Assembly: GCA_036785375.1 (NCBI GenBank)
Contig: JAWMAR010000002.1
Span: 24,428,001 to 24,492,000 of the forward strand
Source of the DNA: Leucoraja ocellata
Taxonomy: Eukaryota
DNA: 64,000 nucleotides
Direction of reading: 5' to 3'
The number at the start of each line of letters is the position of its first letter. Position 1 is the stretch's first letter. The notes under the pieces were generated by a model. That model did no database searches. It saw only the letters and a list, made by a program, of their open reading frames with translations, and was not told where the DNA came from. Both the position numbers and the translations under genes were made by a program. This document shows, in pieces, positions 34,204 through 47,607 of this stretch.

Positions 34204-37109
34204 AGTTCAAGCATTAGTCTGATATGCAGATCAAAACAATGAAGTCTTTATTCCTACTAAAGACTATATTTTTGCACATACACACACAAGTACATATAAT
34301 AATGAAGATAGAGGTTTAAAATGTAGCTTTTCGTTGCTATAACCACAAATATTATCAGACAGTATAACAAATATGATCAAGAAAACAGACACATTCCAGA
34401 ATGAAGAGCCATGCGATGAAACTAAATGCAGGAGATTTAGCAGAAAGGGCAGGAGAGAAAAAGGTAATGTAGTCAATTGTTAGACTGAGATGTTCCCAGT
34501 GTTATATTAAATAAATGAATGAAGAAAATGGGTTGAGGGGCTATTAAAAAAAATCGGTAAATACAGTATGATTAGAATTATTCATTGGTTTGGAGAGTAA
34601 ATTAACCGATTGAGCAGAAATGGAATGTTTCCACGTTCAGACTTCACTGTATAAATCCTACCCTGTTTTTTATGGAAGATGATTGGAAAAGCACTCCTGT
34701 GTGACAAGGTCAATTGTAAATCAACATACCTTTTTAGATTAAATATATGAATAAATGGGATACAGTTTTCAAATTAGATGCACTCTACTAAAGCTTGTCC
34801 CATGTAAACACTATAAAATATGCAACTTTGGCACTTTCTAAACAGAATTCACAAACAAAATGAACTTTTTCTAGACTAGCTGACCCCAGATATTTTCCTC
34901 TTGCAGATTTTATGAATTAGTGCAGCAGCCTGGAGTCAGTCTGTCTCTGGCAGATTTAAGAGAGATTTCTCTGTGGCTCTGTATCTCAGACAGCCTCCTC
35001 TCTTCTCAGTTGGAAAATGCTGTTGTCTTACTCCTCACTCACCCCTGGCTGCCAGCTCAGCATTTCCTGATGCACAAAGCTATCATCTTGAATGAATTGA
35101 ATAACAGAATCATTGGTACGGAAGTTGGTCATTCAACCCATCGAGCATAGTAGTTTGTTGCAAACACACCGAGTGTCCATCTAGGCAATTTATTTTTCAA
35201 TTGAGAGGAACCTAGTTTTTGTGTAGCAATGTGGTATTGCAAATTGTATAATGTTTTCTGCTGCACAGGCACATAGTACACTGCACCCAAGGGGTGACAA
35301 AGGGGTGACAAAGCAGAATATTTTTCTAATGGTGACTAATGGTAGGGAACTTCAGGTAAGTAAATCACAAACAATGTTCAAAATGTCAAATAGGATGGGT
35401 ATTTTGTTTTAAGCAGGTTGGTGTAAACAGGAGAGGTCATGCTTCATATGCAGAATCTTGCTTCAGTAATATCTGGAGCACTATGTTCAATTTTTGGTTC
35501 TGTAGCACAACGGATATTTTGCCTTGTCCAGTTTAATTAAAGTCATAATAGGCCTTGGAATTAAAATTTGAGTAGGCATTACATAAATGTGGCGTTTAGT
35601 CACTTTAGTTTATAAAGATGAAGAAATTGATGCCTTTTGAATTGTGGAATTATTACAACTCAGAAGTGATCATTCAACCCATCAACACTATACTGGCTTC
35701 ATTAGGTTCATTCGCCATATTTGACATTAAATACTCACAGCTCCTGAAATCATTAAAGTATACTCAAGGCCAAATGTTTTAGGTAATAATATTGTAGAGA
35801 TGTGGCTAGAATTTGGAGTTGGAACTAAGTTCAATACAGCCATGATCATAGTGTCTGCAGGTCAGATTCAAGGAATCTGGGCAAATTGGTCAATTTCATC
35901 TAAAGAAACAATTTCATTTGGTTGGGAAATTACAAAAAGGGAATATGCTCTTCCAATCTGCACTAGGATACCTTGGAATTAAATCAGTTATCAGTTGTAC
36001 AAAGACTTGTGAATATCAAACATTCTCTCATCCAGATGTGTATGAATGGTGGGTCAATTAAAATTGAAATTAGATTAATAGATGATTTTAGGTGAGGGTG
36101 CTAGCAAATGAATGGAGATAGGGAAATGGAATTGTGTAGATCAATCTTGTTAATTGATTAGTAGTAAATATCTATGGGACTGTGTGAGTTTCTCCTGTTC
36201 CTGTAAATCGTGATTTTTAGTGTTATTTTAATTGGAGTGTTGTCTTGTGATTTTAGAGTTACGAGGCCATGAGAAATGCAAGTCAGTTCCTTGTCAACAG
36301 TGATACTGAATGCGTTTGGGTACTTTCCTGTAGTTAATTGCCAATATTCTGGAGTGTAGATATGAAAATGCTGATGTGATAGAACTCAGTTCCAATAGTA
36401 CCAACAGAGGCAATATTCAGAAAAGGTCGAAGAAAATCTAAGAACATTTAGTGAAAATTGCACGCTATTTGCAATATTATTTCATTTAAACATTTTGGGA
36501 TTTCATGATAATTTAATATTCCATCCAATTTAAAAAAGGATTCCTTGCCCTTTTTCTGTCCTCAGTTCCTGTTAGAGCTTTCATTTATTAGTGCTATGAT
36601 ACTGCAAACATGCATCTTTTAAGTCATCTTATTTTAATTGCCAAAGGCATCAAACCTATTTCAGATAAATAAAGTATGAACTTAAGTAACTCAAGTAGTT
36701 GCGTATACCATATGATGACTGTTATCAGTAGGATTCCAGAGAACTTACGTGATCTTTTGGTGCTTGTGGTCATAGACTCACAAAGTCATACATGGAAATA
36801 GGCCCTTCAACCCAACTCATCCATGCAACCAGGGTGTCCCATCTTACTTTACTGAGTCTCATTTGCCCACATTTGGCTCATCTGCCTTTAACTCTTTCCT
36901 ATCCATTATGAACCTCCCCCTTCCATAAAAAGAGCTAAATATAGCAGGGCATGATAAAGAAATTTGTAAATATATAGAAATGTGGGCATATGTCTGACAA
37001 TGAGGAGGATATGTGGAATGGATGAGCAGAAAGTGGTCTCTCACAGAAACACGAGGAACAAAAGTAGGCCACCTGGCCTCTCAAACCTGAGCTGCCATTC
37101 AGTATGTAG

Positions 37110-38085
37110 TCATGGAGTCATAGAGTCATACAGCGTGGAAACAGGCCCTTCGGCCCAATATGCCCAGACCAACCAACATGTCCCCTCTACACTAGCCCCA
37201 CTTGCCTGCATTTGGCCCATACCACTCTAAAAGTGTCCTATTCATGTGCCTGTCTAATTGTTTCTTAAACGTTGCAATAATCCCTGCCTCAACTACCTCA
37301 TGTGACAGCACCTTCCATACACCCACCACCCTTTGCATGAAAAAGTTACCCCTCAGATTCCTATTAAATCTTTCCCCCTTACCGTTAAACCTATGTCGTC
37401 TTGTTCTCGATTCCCCTTCTCTGCGTCTACCCAATCGATTCCTCTCATGATTTTATACACTTTTATAAGATCACTTCTTAACCTCCTGCGCTCCAAGGAA
37501 TAGAGTCCCAGCCTCCTCAACCTGTCTTTATAGCTCAGACCCTGAGTCCTGGCAACATCCTCATAAATCTTCTCTGTACCCTTTCGAACTTGACAACATA
37601 TTTCCTATGACATGGTGTTCAGAACTGAACAAAATATTCTAAATACAGCCTCACCAATGTCTTATATAACTGCAACATGACTTCCCAACTTCTATACTCA
37701 ATATGTTTAAGAAGGTACACAAAAAAGCTGGAGAAACTCAGCGGGTGCAGCAGCATCTATGGAGCGAACTGCAGATGCTGGAAAATTGAAGGTACACAAA
37801 AATGCTGGAGAAACTCAGCGGGTGCAGCAGCATCTATGGAGCGAAGGAAATAGGCAACGTTTCGGGCCGAAACCCTGAAACCCCGAAAGCTGATGAGAAA
37901 ATGAGTTTCTCCAGCATTTTTGTGTACCTTCTATACTCAATACTCTGACTGATGAAGGCCAATGTGCCAAAAATATTTTTGACCTCCATATTTACCTGTG
38001 ACACCACCTTTAAGGAACTATGTTCCTTCACTCCTAGATTCGTCTGCTCTACAACATTCCCCAGAGCCCTACCATTCATCAATAC
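37110..38085 (-). mobile_element. CR1 3' fragment with (GACTCTAT)n-type tail
   Basis: ORFs 37192..37434 and 37834..38082 give CR1 RT C-terminal peptides; the element is interrupted at 37704-37927. Confidence 0.88.
37704..37927. mobile_element. Penelope-derived insert with tandem and inverted terminal repeats
   Basis: Two direct copies of gaaggtacacaaaaa.gctggagaaactcagcgggtgcagcagcatctatggagcgaa plus an inverted partial copy. Flanking duplication CTTCTATACTCAATA at 37689-37703 and 37928-37942. Confidence 0.8.
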
Positions 38086-39470
38086 AATTGTATAGTAGAT
38101 GCTGCCTGCCCTGCTGAGTTACTCCAGCACTTTGTGTGCCTTTGAGCAGATATATGCATCGTTCTTCTCAATTTCACCATGGAGCATGTTTCTGTGCATT
38201 ACAGAATACTGGCTGCTGGTTTGCTTCTCTTTTTAGTGACTGGTGCAATATTCAAAAGATCCTTGTTCTCCTGACACCCGTTTTTGTGGATTGGATGCTG
38301 ATTGATGGTGAAAACGGAGTACAGCTCTGTACAGCTCTGTTCTGATACTCCTGCTGCCTTGTTCCCCTAATATTGCTGCCTCTGACTTTCTGCTGAGCTG
38401 CTGTCCGGGTTCGACAGTGACCGCCTCGCTGTCAGCTGCATTAGAACTGTTAATAATTTACGAACAAATTAAAAATAAATTATATAAATCTCACAGCTGT
38501 AGTGATGAATGCAATTCCTACATAACCCTGCTGGTAGCTAATCCCAAACAAACCCTGTCAATGGGCTATCGTGCCCTGAAATAGCTTAAAACTTAAAATA
38601 TTCATTCCAGTTAATTTATCATTTTACTGCGTGTTTACATCAATTTCTCGTGCCTGTAACCTTTGCAATATTTCTTTGTTGCATATCTTTTTAAACTGTT
38701 TGTGTCACTGGCATTTTGGGTCTTTCTCTGGCAGTGTCTCAGGGCTGTTACAATGCCAAACCAATTCTCTAAAGAATAACGCCAAGCAATGTCAAACAGG
38801 GCAATCATGCATAATTCATTTTTAGAGTGCTTGTAGAGCTTGGAATGCCAATTTCACAACACCGATGAACATCTTGCCATTTCGGGTGTGAACCATCGAC
38901 CTTGATCCTATTTGAAAGACATACTGTAACTATTTTTACCGGTGAAAATGGGTTGTGTTTTAATGTGAAAGAACTGCCGGTAAATTATTATTAAAGATGT
39001 GCATGAATAACAATATCATTTTGCTGTGCACATGAACAAATTCTGCATCATTCGATGCCGGATAAAATGATTACTGACAGAGCAAAGCCAATTGACCTAA
39101 GTACGTTCTCAGAAATTAAGCTTGCCTGTTTTCAAATTTATATCGTGTCAACTGTTTGAACCTGGTCAAATAAACCTAAACTTTGCCACATCATATCTTG
39201 TAGCCATGTTATTTTTTGATCAACAATGATCAGTAATCAACTCAGCGTTATAAACTTTGGTACATCTTTTCAACAATGAAATCATCATGACCATTTGTGA
39301 TATGTTTGAGATAATGATTGTTAATGCAGATTTGAAGCTGAAGATTGTCTTTGTTATCAAAGGTGATCCAGGAGGTGAAATATTTGACAGTGCCGATGGA
39401 GGTCTAATTGCTATGTTCCTTGATATGCTCAAGTTTCCCCCCCTTTAGGACTAAAGATGGAAATTAGTCT

Positions 39471-40233
39471 TAGACAATAGACAATAGTCAATAGGTGCAG
39501 GAGTAGACTATTCGGCCCTTCGAGCCAGCACCGCTATTCAATGTGATCATGGCTGATCATCCCCAATCAGTACCCATTCCTGCCTTCTCCTCATATCCCC
39601 TGACTCCGCTATTTTTAAGAGCCCTATCTAGCTCTCTCTTGAAAGCATCCAGAGAACCCGCCTCCACCGACCTCTGAGGCAGAGAATTCCACAGACTCGC
39701 CACTCTCTGTGAGAAAAAGTGTTTCCTCATCTCCGTTCTAAATGACTTACTTCATATTCTTAAACTGTGACCCCTGATTCTGGACTCCCCAAACATCGGG
39801 AACATGTTTCCTGCCTCCAGCGTGTTAATACCCTTAACAATCTTATATGTTTCAATGAAATCCCCTCTCACCCTTCTAAACTCCAGAGTGTACAAGCCCA
39901 GCTGCTCCATTCTCTCAGCATATGACAGTCCCGCCATCCCAGGAATGAACCTTGTAAACCTACGCTGCACTCCCTCAATAGCAAGAATATCCTTCCTCAA
40001 ATTAGGGGACCAAAACTGTACACAATACTCCAGGTGTGGTCTCACTAGGGCTCTGTACAACTGCAGAACGATCTCTTTGCTCCTATATTTGATTCCTCTT
40101 GTTATAAAGGCCAACATGCCATTCGCTTTCTTCACTGCCTGCTGTACCTGCATGCTTACTTTCATAGAGTGATGTACAAGGACCCCCAGATCCCGTTATA
40201 CTTCCCCTTTTCCCAACTTGACGGCATTTAGAT
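39471..40233 (-). mobile_element. CR1 3' fragment
   Basis: ORF 39752..40165 (QQAVKKANGMLAFI...RPHLEYCVQFWSP) and (TAGACAA)n tail on + at 39471-39493. Confidence 0.93.
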
Positions 40234-40552
40234 ACTAATGATGCTTGATGTTTAATGCTTGATATATCATAGTCTTGATGCTTGATGTATCATAACTAGG
40301 CGAGCCTTTCACAAGACTAAGAATATCAATGATCCGTACCAAGATGTACTTTATTAATTTAGCTGTAGCTAAGATAATGATGGAATTTTTCTTGTCTTAT
40401 ATGTCGTTACCAAACCCTACATCATGATCATCTCCTGATACATTACCTGTGATATCTTCAGCTCCATTTTCACATAGCCTCACCTGTGACATTAATATGA
40501 CATTTTCATTTCTAATATTATGGCCAATCATCTGCATCATACTAACTAACTT

Positions 40553-40882
40553 TTAGTTTAGTTTAGTTTAACATTACAGCATGGAAACAGACCCTTTGGC
40601 CTACTGAGTCCACATCGACCATTGATTCCCTGTTTACACACTAATTCTATGTTATCCCACTTACGCAGTTATTCCCTGCACATTTGGGGCAATTTACAGA
40701 GGCCATTTAACCTACAAACCCACATATCTTTGGGAAGAGGGAGGAAACTGGAATACCTGGAGGAAACGCATGCGCTCACAGGGAAAACATGTAAACTCCA
40801 TGCAGACAGAACCCGAGGTCAGGATTGAACCAGAGTCTTGGCTGTGAGGTTGCAGCTCTATCAGCTGTGCTGTTGTGCTGCT
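40553..40882 (-). mobile_element. HE1/V-SINE-type SINE
   Basis: (TTTAG)n tail, V-domain-like body and reverse B box (aggattgaacc). Confidence 0.8.
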
Positions 40883-40937
40883 CTTAGTAATAATGTGCTG
40901 GATTTACTGTTTTACACAAAGTGAATTGAGTGATCAA

Positions 40938-41261
40938 ACTGAAAGTAAGCATGCAGATACTGCAGGCAGTGAAGAAAGCTAATGACACGTTGGCCTTCAT
41001 AATGAGAGGATTTGAGTTTAGGAGCAAGGAGGTCCTACTGCAGTTGCACAGGGCCCTGATGAGACCACACCTGGTATTGTGTGCAGTTTTGGTCTAATTT
41101 GTGGAAGGACATTCTTGCTATTGAGGGAGTGCAACGAAGGTTCACCAGGCTAATTCCTGGGATGGCGGGACTGACATATGATGAAAGAATTGATTGACTG
41201 GGCTTATATTCACTGGAATTTATAAGGATGAGAGGGATACTTATAGAAACATATAAAATTC
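40938..41261 (+). mobile_element. CR1 RT fragment
   Basis: actgaaagtaagcatgcag...tatagaaacatataaaatt is collinear with other CR1 copies. Confidence 0.85.
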
Positions 41262-41332
41262 ATTTGGAAACTTGTCCATCTCCTGCAGCTTCACACAGAG
41301 ATGACCACTTTGGGTTTTGAATGGCCCTATTA

Positions 41333-41543
41333 NNNNNNNNNNNNNNNNNNNNNNNNNNNNNNNNNNNNNNNNNNNNNNNNNNNNNNNNNNNNNNNNNNNN
41401 NNNNNNNNNNNNNNNNNNNNNNNNNNNNNNNNNNNNNNNNNNNNNNNNNNNNNNNNNNNNNNNNNNNNNNNNNNNNNNNNNNNNNNNNNNNNNNNNNNNN
41501 NNNNNNNNNNNNNNNNNNNNNNNNNNNNNNNNNNNNNNNNNNN
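41333..41543. other. Assembly gap (211 N)
   Basis: Run of N. Confidence 1.
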
Positions 41544-42148
41544 ATAGTGCTAACATTTTTGCACCACCTTGCTCACAATTGTCCTGTGGTGGCTTGTGTC
41601 ACGTTTCATTCAGATTGATGTTATATTTCACAAGTTATTTCACATTTTTAATTTAAAAAAATCCAAATTTGAGAAAAATATCTTCCCTCTGCAGCTCTAA
41701 CTTCACAATGGGATTGTAACCCTACCAGCGACAATGTTGCAATCCTGGCACATTCAGTCCTGCAATGTTGCAATCCTTTTTTTAATATTCCTGGCAGCAA
41801 GTATATTCCTGGCAGCATGGAGGGAGGGTGCATTATTTTAAATTTTAAAGTCACAGTACAATGATTTTTTAAAAGTTTAAAATGAGGGAGGGTGAATAAG
41901 GTGAAATGAGCAGCCCCAGCGCATTTGGGGCTATAGGTGAGTGGTGGAATATTGCGTTGGGGGAACGGGTTGTGTTGGGGAAATGGGTGAGTGGTGGAAA
42001 TTGCCTTGGGGAATGGGTTGCGTTGGGGGGGCCAGTCCTCCCATGGGGGTTATGGGTGAGTGGTGGATGATTGTGTTGTGGGAACGGTTTACGTTCAGGG
42101 ACCAGGCCTCCTGTGTGACAGGGACCCAACGGGTCCCACTTGGTCTAG
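41544..42148 (+). mobile_element. Non-autonomous Helitron, copy 1 (5' end lost in the gap)
   Basis: 3' hairpin GGGACCC-AAC-GGGTCCC (42121-42137) followed by CTAG (42145-42148); internal G-rich minisatellite. Confidence 0.85.
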
Positions 42149-43021
42149 TATATTACTAAAGCTCACATCTTAACTGTGATAAGTTTGCGAGTTTGTTTAT
42201 GCACGTGCTTTTCATGCCCTGAATTATGCCAAAATGGTACACTATAGCGCTACAATGTTTGGACCACCTTACTCACAATTGTCTTGTGGTGTGTTTTTTT
42301 AATCAAGTTTTGTTCAGATTGATGTTATTATATTTTAAAAGTTATTCCCATATTAAAATTTACAAAACCCCAATTTGAGAAATTGTTCTTCCCTCTGTAC
42401 TGGAACTAACAGCTATGACATCACAATGGGCTTGTAGCACTGCTCACTACAATGTTGCAATCCCAGGACATTGAGTTCTGGCAACCGAAGCAAGTGCAAT
42501 TACATTAAAAAAAAAATTAAATGAGGGAGGGTGAATAAGGGGAAATGAGCATCCACTGCGCAGTTGGCGGCTATGGGTGAGTGGTGGAATATTGCATTGA
42601 GGGAATGGGTTGCATTGGGGAACGGGTGAGTGGTGGAATATTGCTTTGGGGAATGGGTTACGTTGGGGGACCAGGCCTCCCATGGGGGCTATGGGTGTGT
42701 AATGGAATATTGCGTTGGGGAACGGGTTGCATTGGGGGACTAGGACTTTTTGCACAAAAGTCCGCAAGCATTGCCACTTTCATTTCACTACACATCTCGT
42801 ATGTGTATGTGACAAATAAACTTGACTTGACTTGACTTGATTTCCGTGTTGGGGAACAGGTGAGTGATGGAACATTGCATTAAGGTATGGGGTTGCGTTG
42901 GGGGACCAGGCCTCCCGTGGGGGCTATGGGTGAGTGGTCAAATATTGCGTTCGGGGAACGGGTTACGTTGGGGGACCAGGCCTCCCGTATGAAAGGACCC
43001 AACGGGTCCCACTTGGCCTAG
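42149..43021 (+). mobile_element. Non-autonomous Helitron, copy 2 (head-to-tail with copy 1)
   Basis: Begins TATATTACTAAAG directly after the first CTAG and is homologous to copy 1. Ends GGACCC-AAC-GGGTCC...CTAG|T at 43018-43021. Contains a retroelement-tail insert at ~42743-42841. Confidence 0.85.
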
Positions 43022-44229
43022 TATTTATTAAATCTCTTTGGATACTCCTTAATCCTATCTGTCAGATCTATCCCCTGCTCCATTTTGTGGTCCTGATTTC
43101 CTTCTTGAGTATGCTCCTCAATCCCATTTGATCCCAGCTGCCTATACCTGATCCTTGCCTCCTTTTTCCTAATGAGAGCTTAATTTCTCTCATCATCCAA
43201 GTTTCATTACTTGCCTTGCTCTTCACTCTCACAGAAACATGCATACTTTGAACACTCATTATCACACTTTTAAGAACAACCCACTTTGGGAATTGGGAAT
43301 TACCATTGTTTCTTGGTTTAGAAAAACATAACATTTTTGATTGTATGTGCAGGTTTACAGAATTAATGATCAAACTGGAAGAGCTAACATAGTGATTGTC
43401 AATCCAATTTCTTGAAGTTCATGGATTATTTTTAACAATAATCCAAAGTCTATATATTTTTCAAACAAAATCTGTGTGTAAATAAGTTCAAATGATAGAA
43501 TGATCTTCACATTGGCATCTTATGTAAATGAAAGTACATGGCAACGTAAGGGAAAACAAATTGCTGTCCAAACTTTGGTAATATCATTCTTTATCAACAT
43601 AGCATGCAATCTCAGAACAAAGCTCTCCTTCCTATAAATCGTAAATAATCATCCCCCACACAGATGTCCCCTTGAGAGCAGATAACTTCACATCTCTGCT
43701 ACTCTTATCTGCTGAATGGCACGTTTATCTCAACTGATAAATTCAGCTTATCATGTTCATTCATCATCTTCAAAGTTTCCAAGCACTTCCACATTTCATA
43801 AGACTTGACTGTAACTGTGCTTGAAATAACACAATGCATTTAGATCTTACAAACGCATAGTCTATCTCCAGGATATGATCACTCGACATGAATGCCCTTA
43901 ATATGAATGAGTTCCCATTATATTACTAAGTTCAAACGTCTGATGTAATACATATGTTTGTTTCCTATGAATAGCAGAACTACTTTCTTCTCTAGCTCCT
44001 CTTTTAGTAACAGTCTTTCTTCTTCGCCATGTGCTTTTGAAGCCATTCATTACAATACCGTGGAGGTAAGGTTACCATGTTGAGTGCTGTTTGCATATCT
44101 TCTGACTCATGGACAACAATTGTGTAAAAAGATGTAACCCTTTGGTTACCAAAGGACAGCCTGCTGATTATTTCATGTATAAAAATTATGTTAAAGTGTT
44201 TTGCAGCCTCAGCACTTTGTGACATTTGA

Positions 44230-44620
44230 TTTTTGCATACGTTGATTATATTTGCCAAGTCGGCCATCAGGACGAGGTGCTACATTTTCTTTGGAGGCAT
44301 GTACATCTTGGATCCATGGTGCAGGACTGGGGTATGTGCTCCACCTGTTCCATGTACAACAACTTTGAGAGCACTATGCACCTAATGATCTGGTTCTTGC
44401 ACTCCATTAAGAGGGAGCAGAGCTCAGACATTCACAATTGCTGTTTTATCTTGATTGTCTGCTCTCAACATTTTTTGTCATACAACACAAACAAGAACCC
44501 CAACATCTTCAGATAGGTAGACTTGATGGTGAATGGAACAAGGGAACAGTCTGGCCTGTTAACAATGACCTTACTCTTCCTGCAGTTGACTTTAGGCTCG
44601 GATCCCAGCCGACCCTGGTC
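44230..44620 (-). mobile_element. Degenerate Tx1-clade LINE ORF2 fragment
   Basis: Manual minus-strand translation gives VPFTIKSTYLKMLG and CKNQIIRCIVLSKLLY, resembling Tx1 post-RT motifs (YLKVLG; GKxLVIRxxVLSxLxY). Confidence 0.45.
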
Positions 44621-44627
44621 CCAGAAG

Positions 44628-44940
44628 TTTAGTTTAGTTTAGTGATACAGTGCAGAAACAGGCCCTATATACCATCAAATCCTCACCAACCAGCGATCCA
44701 CACACACTAGCACTATCCTACACGCACAAGGAACCATTTACAATTTTTACCAAAGCCAATTAACCGACCGACCTGTACATCTTTGGAGTGTGGTAGGAAA
44801 CCTGAGCCCCTGAAGAAAACCCTCACAGGTTATAGGGAGAATGTACAAACTCCGTACACTCAGCACCCGTGGTCAGGATTGAACCCGGGTCTCTGGCGCT
44901 GTGTGGCAGCAACTCTACCTATGCGCCACTGTGCCACCAT
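44628..44940 (-). mobile_element. HE1/V-SINE-type SINE
   Basis: (TTTAG)n tail, ctttggagtgtgg V-domain, reverse B box ggattgaacccggg, and end gccactgtgcc. Confidence 0.85.
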
Positions 44941-45369
44941 GCAGCACATACTGATTAATTTGCTAACTGACCCTGGATCCAAGCAGAAGATGGTGGCATC
45001 AAAAACTTACAGGGAAGCGTAGATCTGAGCAACCACACTGCCTGGCACATCCATCCCACGTCCTTCCGGACAGATTCAGCAGAAACTTCTAGTCAACATG
45101 CAAACAAGAATGAGGAGAATGGGCAGCTTTGCCTGGCTCCAGATTTGGTGAGAACCCTTATTTATTTGGACTGAAATACTGATGTTTGCATAGAGCTTGT
45201 GTATTCAATTCTTGATTCCCTTCTCCCCCCATAACCTATGGTCTGAAACCTAAAGACACGTATTTTCAGTTATTTGAAACTGCAGGTTAGGATTGGGTGT
45301 ATATATTCATTCTCATCCTTTCAAGATATAAGTTAATGGTGCTTACCTTTATATGAAATAACATTCAAG

Positions 45370-46275
45370 ACATTTTGCCTTCCGATTTGGATGAATATAT
45401 AGGTATTTCCAGATGACACAACATTTGGTGGAGTTGTGGACAATGAGGAAGGCTGTCAAAAAATAGCAGGATATAGATCAGTAGGAAATTTGGGCAGTAA
45501 ATGGCAAATATATTTAATCTGGACATGTGTGAAGTAATGCTTATCGGGAGGTCAAAAGCAAGACAGTAAATGGTAAGGTTCTTGGGTGCATTGACATACA
45601 AAGGAATCTCAGGGTGCAAGTCCATAACTTACAGCAAGTAGCAACACAAGTGAATAGGGTGGTAAAGAATGTGCGTGGCATGCTTGCCTTGAGTGGTTGG
45701 AGCGTTGAGTATACAATTTGGGAAGACATGTTGCAGTAGCATTAAACTTAGGACAAACCCCATTTGCAGCATTGTGTGCGGTTCTGGTTGCTGCACATTT
45801 GGAAGGATGTGGAAACTTTGGAGAAGGAGCAAAATATATCTACCAATATATTGCTTGGTGTGGAGTGTATTAATGAGAGGTTGGGCAAATGTGGATTGCT
45901 TTCTTTGAAGCATTTGATACTAATATGCATTCTGATAGAAGAGTATAAAATTCTAAAAGCCATACTGTAGCTATTGAAGATAGTCAGTCTTTTATGGAGG
46001 GTGGAAATGTCAAATGCCAGAGCGCATACGTTTAAGGTTTAACGAAGAAAATTTAAAAGAGATTTTTAAGGCAAGTTGTGTTTTACAGAAAGAGTGGTAG
46101 ATGTTTGGAAGATATTACCAGGAGAGGTAGTAGAAGCAGATACAATACCAACATTAAAAGGGGCATTTAGACTTATGAACAGGGAATTGAGGAATATGGA
46201 CCATGTGCAGGTTGATGGGATTAGTTTAATTTGGCATCATGATCATTGCAGAGATGATGGGCTGAAGGGCCTGTT
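45370..46275 (+). mobile_element. Old CR1 RT/3' fragment
   Basis: cagatgacacaa (the FADDTK region) through gggctgaagggcctgtt, with many disablements. Confidence 0.75.
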
Positions 46276-46879
46276 AGATAATGTGAATAATTACAAATCA
46301 TTGCACATCTGAATTCTGTTACTACTATTTTCTAGATTTAGTTAATTGTTTATTACTAGATTTGGACAAAAGCAAATTATCATCTACATGAAAAATTAAT
46401 TTGTATCTAGAATTCGCTGATAAACTGAGAGTACACTCTAAATGCAAGAAAAAATGTCCTTGAAGTTGCTGCATCTTTGGTTCAGATTAATAGGCGATTA
46501 TAGTATATTTAAGAGGAATTTGATATTTGTATTGGAACAGATGGCTGACTTTCATTGCCAGTTGACAGATACTGCATTGTCAACACTTTAGGGTTTTACA
46601 AAGAGAAAACAGCAGTAGTAAACTTTAATTGGTATCCAGAGGATTTATATAATAAGATGAATCAAATAGGAAAGCAGATAGAAATAGTTGATTAGTTTAA
46701 AAGGATAATATTTGGATGTCAGTGGTAGGTGAAGGGGTATTGCGAGAGCTGCATGGGATTCACATCAGAGATTATAACCTAAGAAAATATTTAAGAGAAA
46801 TTTGTATGTAGTTGTAGATATTAATCTGCAAAGTCACAGATGCATTTAAATTTGCTTCAAGCAATGGTCCAGCTTTCCA

Positions 46880-47120
46880 AGCAAAACATAAAATACAGGA
46901 GTAACTCAGCAGGTCGGGCAGCATCTGTGGAAGAAATTGATAGGCAGACTTCTGAAAAAGAGGAAAGGTCCCAACCCAAAACATCACCCATCCATTTCGG
47001 ATCGGGACCCCGTTCTTTAGGTCTGCCTATCCATTCCCTCCACATATGCTGCCTGACCCATTGAGCTACTCCAGCACTTTGTGTTTTGCTCAATTTCAAG
47101 CATCTGCAGTTCCTTGTGCT
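46880..47120. mobile_element. Penelope-derived fold-back insert
   Basis: ggagtaactcagcaggtcgggcagcatc and tgctgcctgacccattgagctactccagc form an inverted pair. Degenerate CTGAAAA...CCCAAAAC hammerhead remnant. Confidence 0.65.
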
Positions 47121-47479
47121 TTCCCATTTCCAGTCCCAGCTCCACATAAGTATGTTAAGGATTCCTGCATATGCACATGTGAATGTGGAAGTTCTGAACG
47201 TCTGAGCGCTTGCTCTGCTGTGTGTTCCAGATCAGATCCACTGCTCGATTCCTCACAACAGAGTATGAAGCTGCAGTGGTTTCCCACTGTGTACAATACG
47301 TGAAGATTGTTTTAGGAGCTTGAATATTTAAAAATAGTTTAAAAATAGTTTTGAGTGTTTCCGTAAATAAGAAACATTCAAAATCAGTGTTTTGCCAGTA
47401 TTGCCACGAGAAAGGAGGCATGGTTTAATCACTTGGAATATTGCAGGTTCCCTATGAGAAGGAACGTATACAGACTAGA

Positions 47480-47607
47480 AGGCACACAAAAATGCTGGAG
47501 AAACTCAGCGGGTGCAGCATTTGCAGTTCCTTCTTAAAACGCTGAGTTTCTCCAGCATTTTTGTGTACCTTCGATTTTCCAGCATCTGCAGTTCCTTCTT
47601 AAACTCT
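47480..47607. mobile_element. Penelope-derived fold-back insert
   Basis: Inverted and direct terminal-repeat pieces, with 13-bp duplication TATACAGACTAGA at 47467-47479 and 47608-47620. Confidence 0.8.

Noticed and set aside
41260-41656. ORFs spanning the N run
   Set aside because: Artefacts of the assembly gap.
41930-42990. CRISPR-like repeat array
   Set aside because: These are degenerate tandem minisatellite units without unique spacers, inside Helitrons in a eukaryotic context, with no cas genes.
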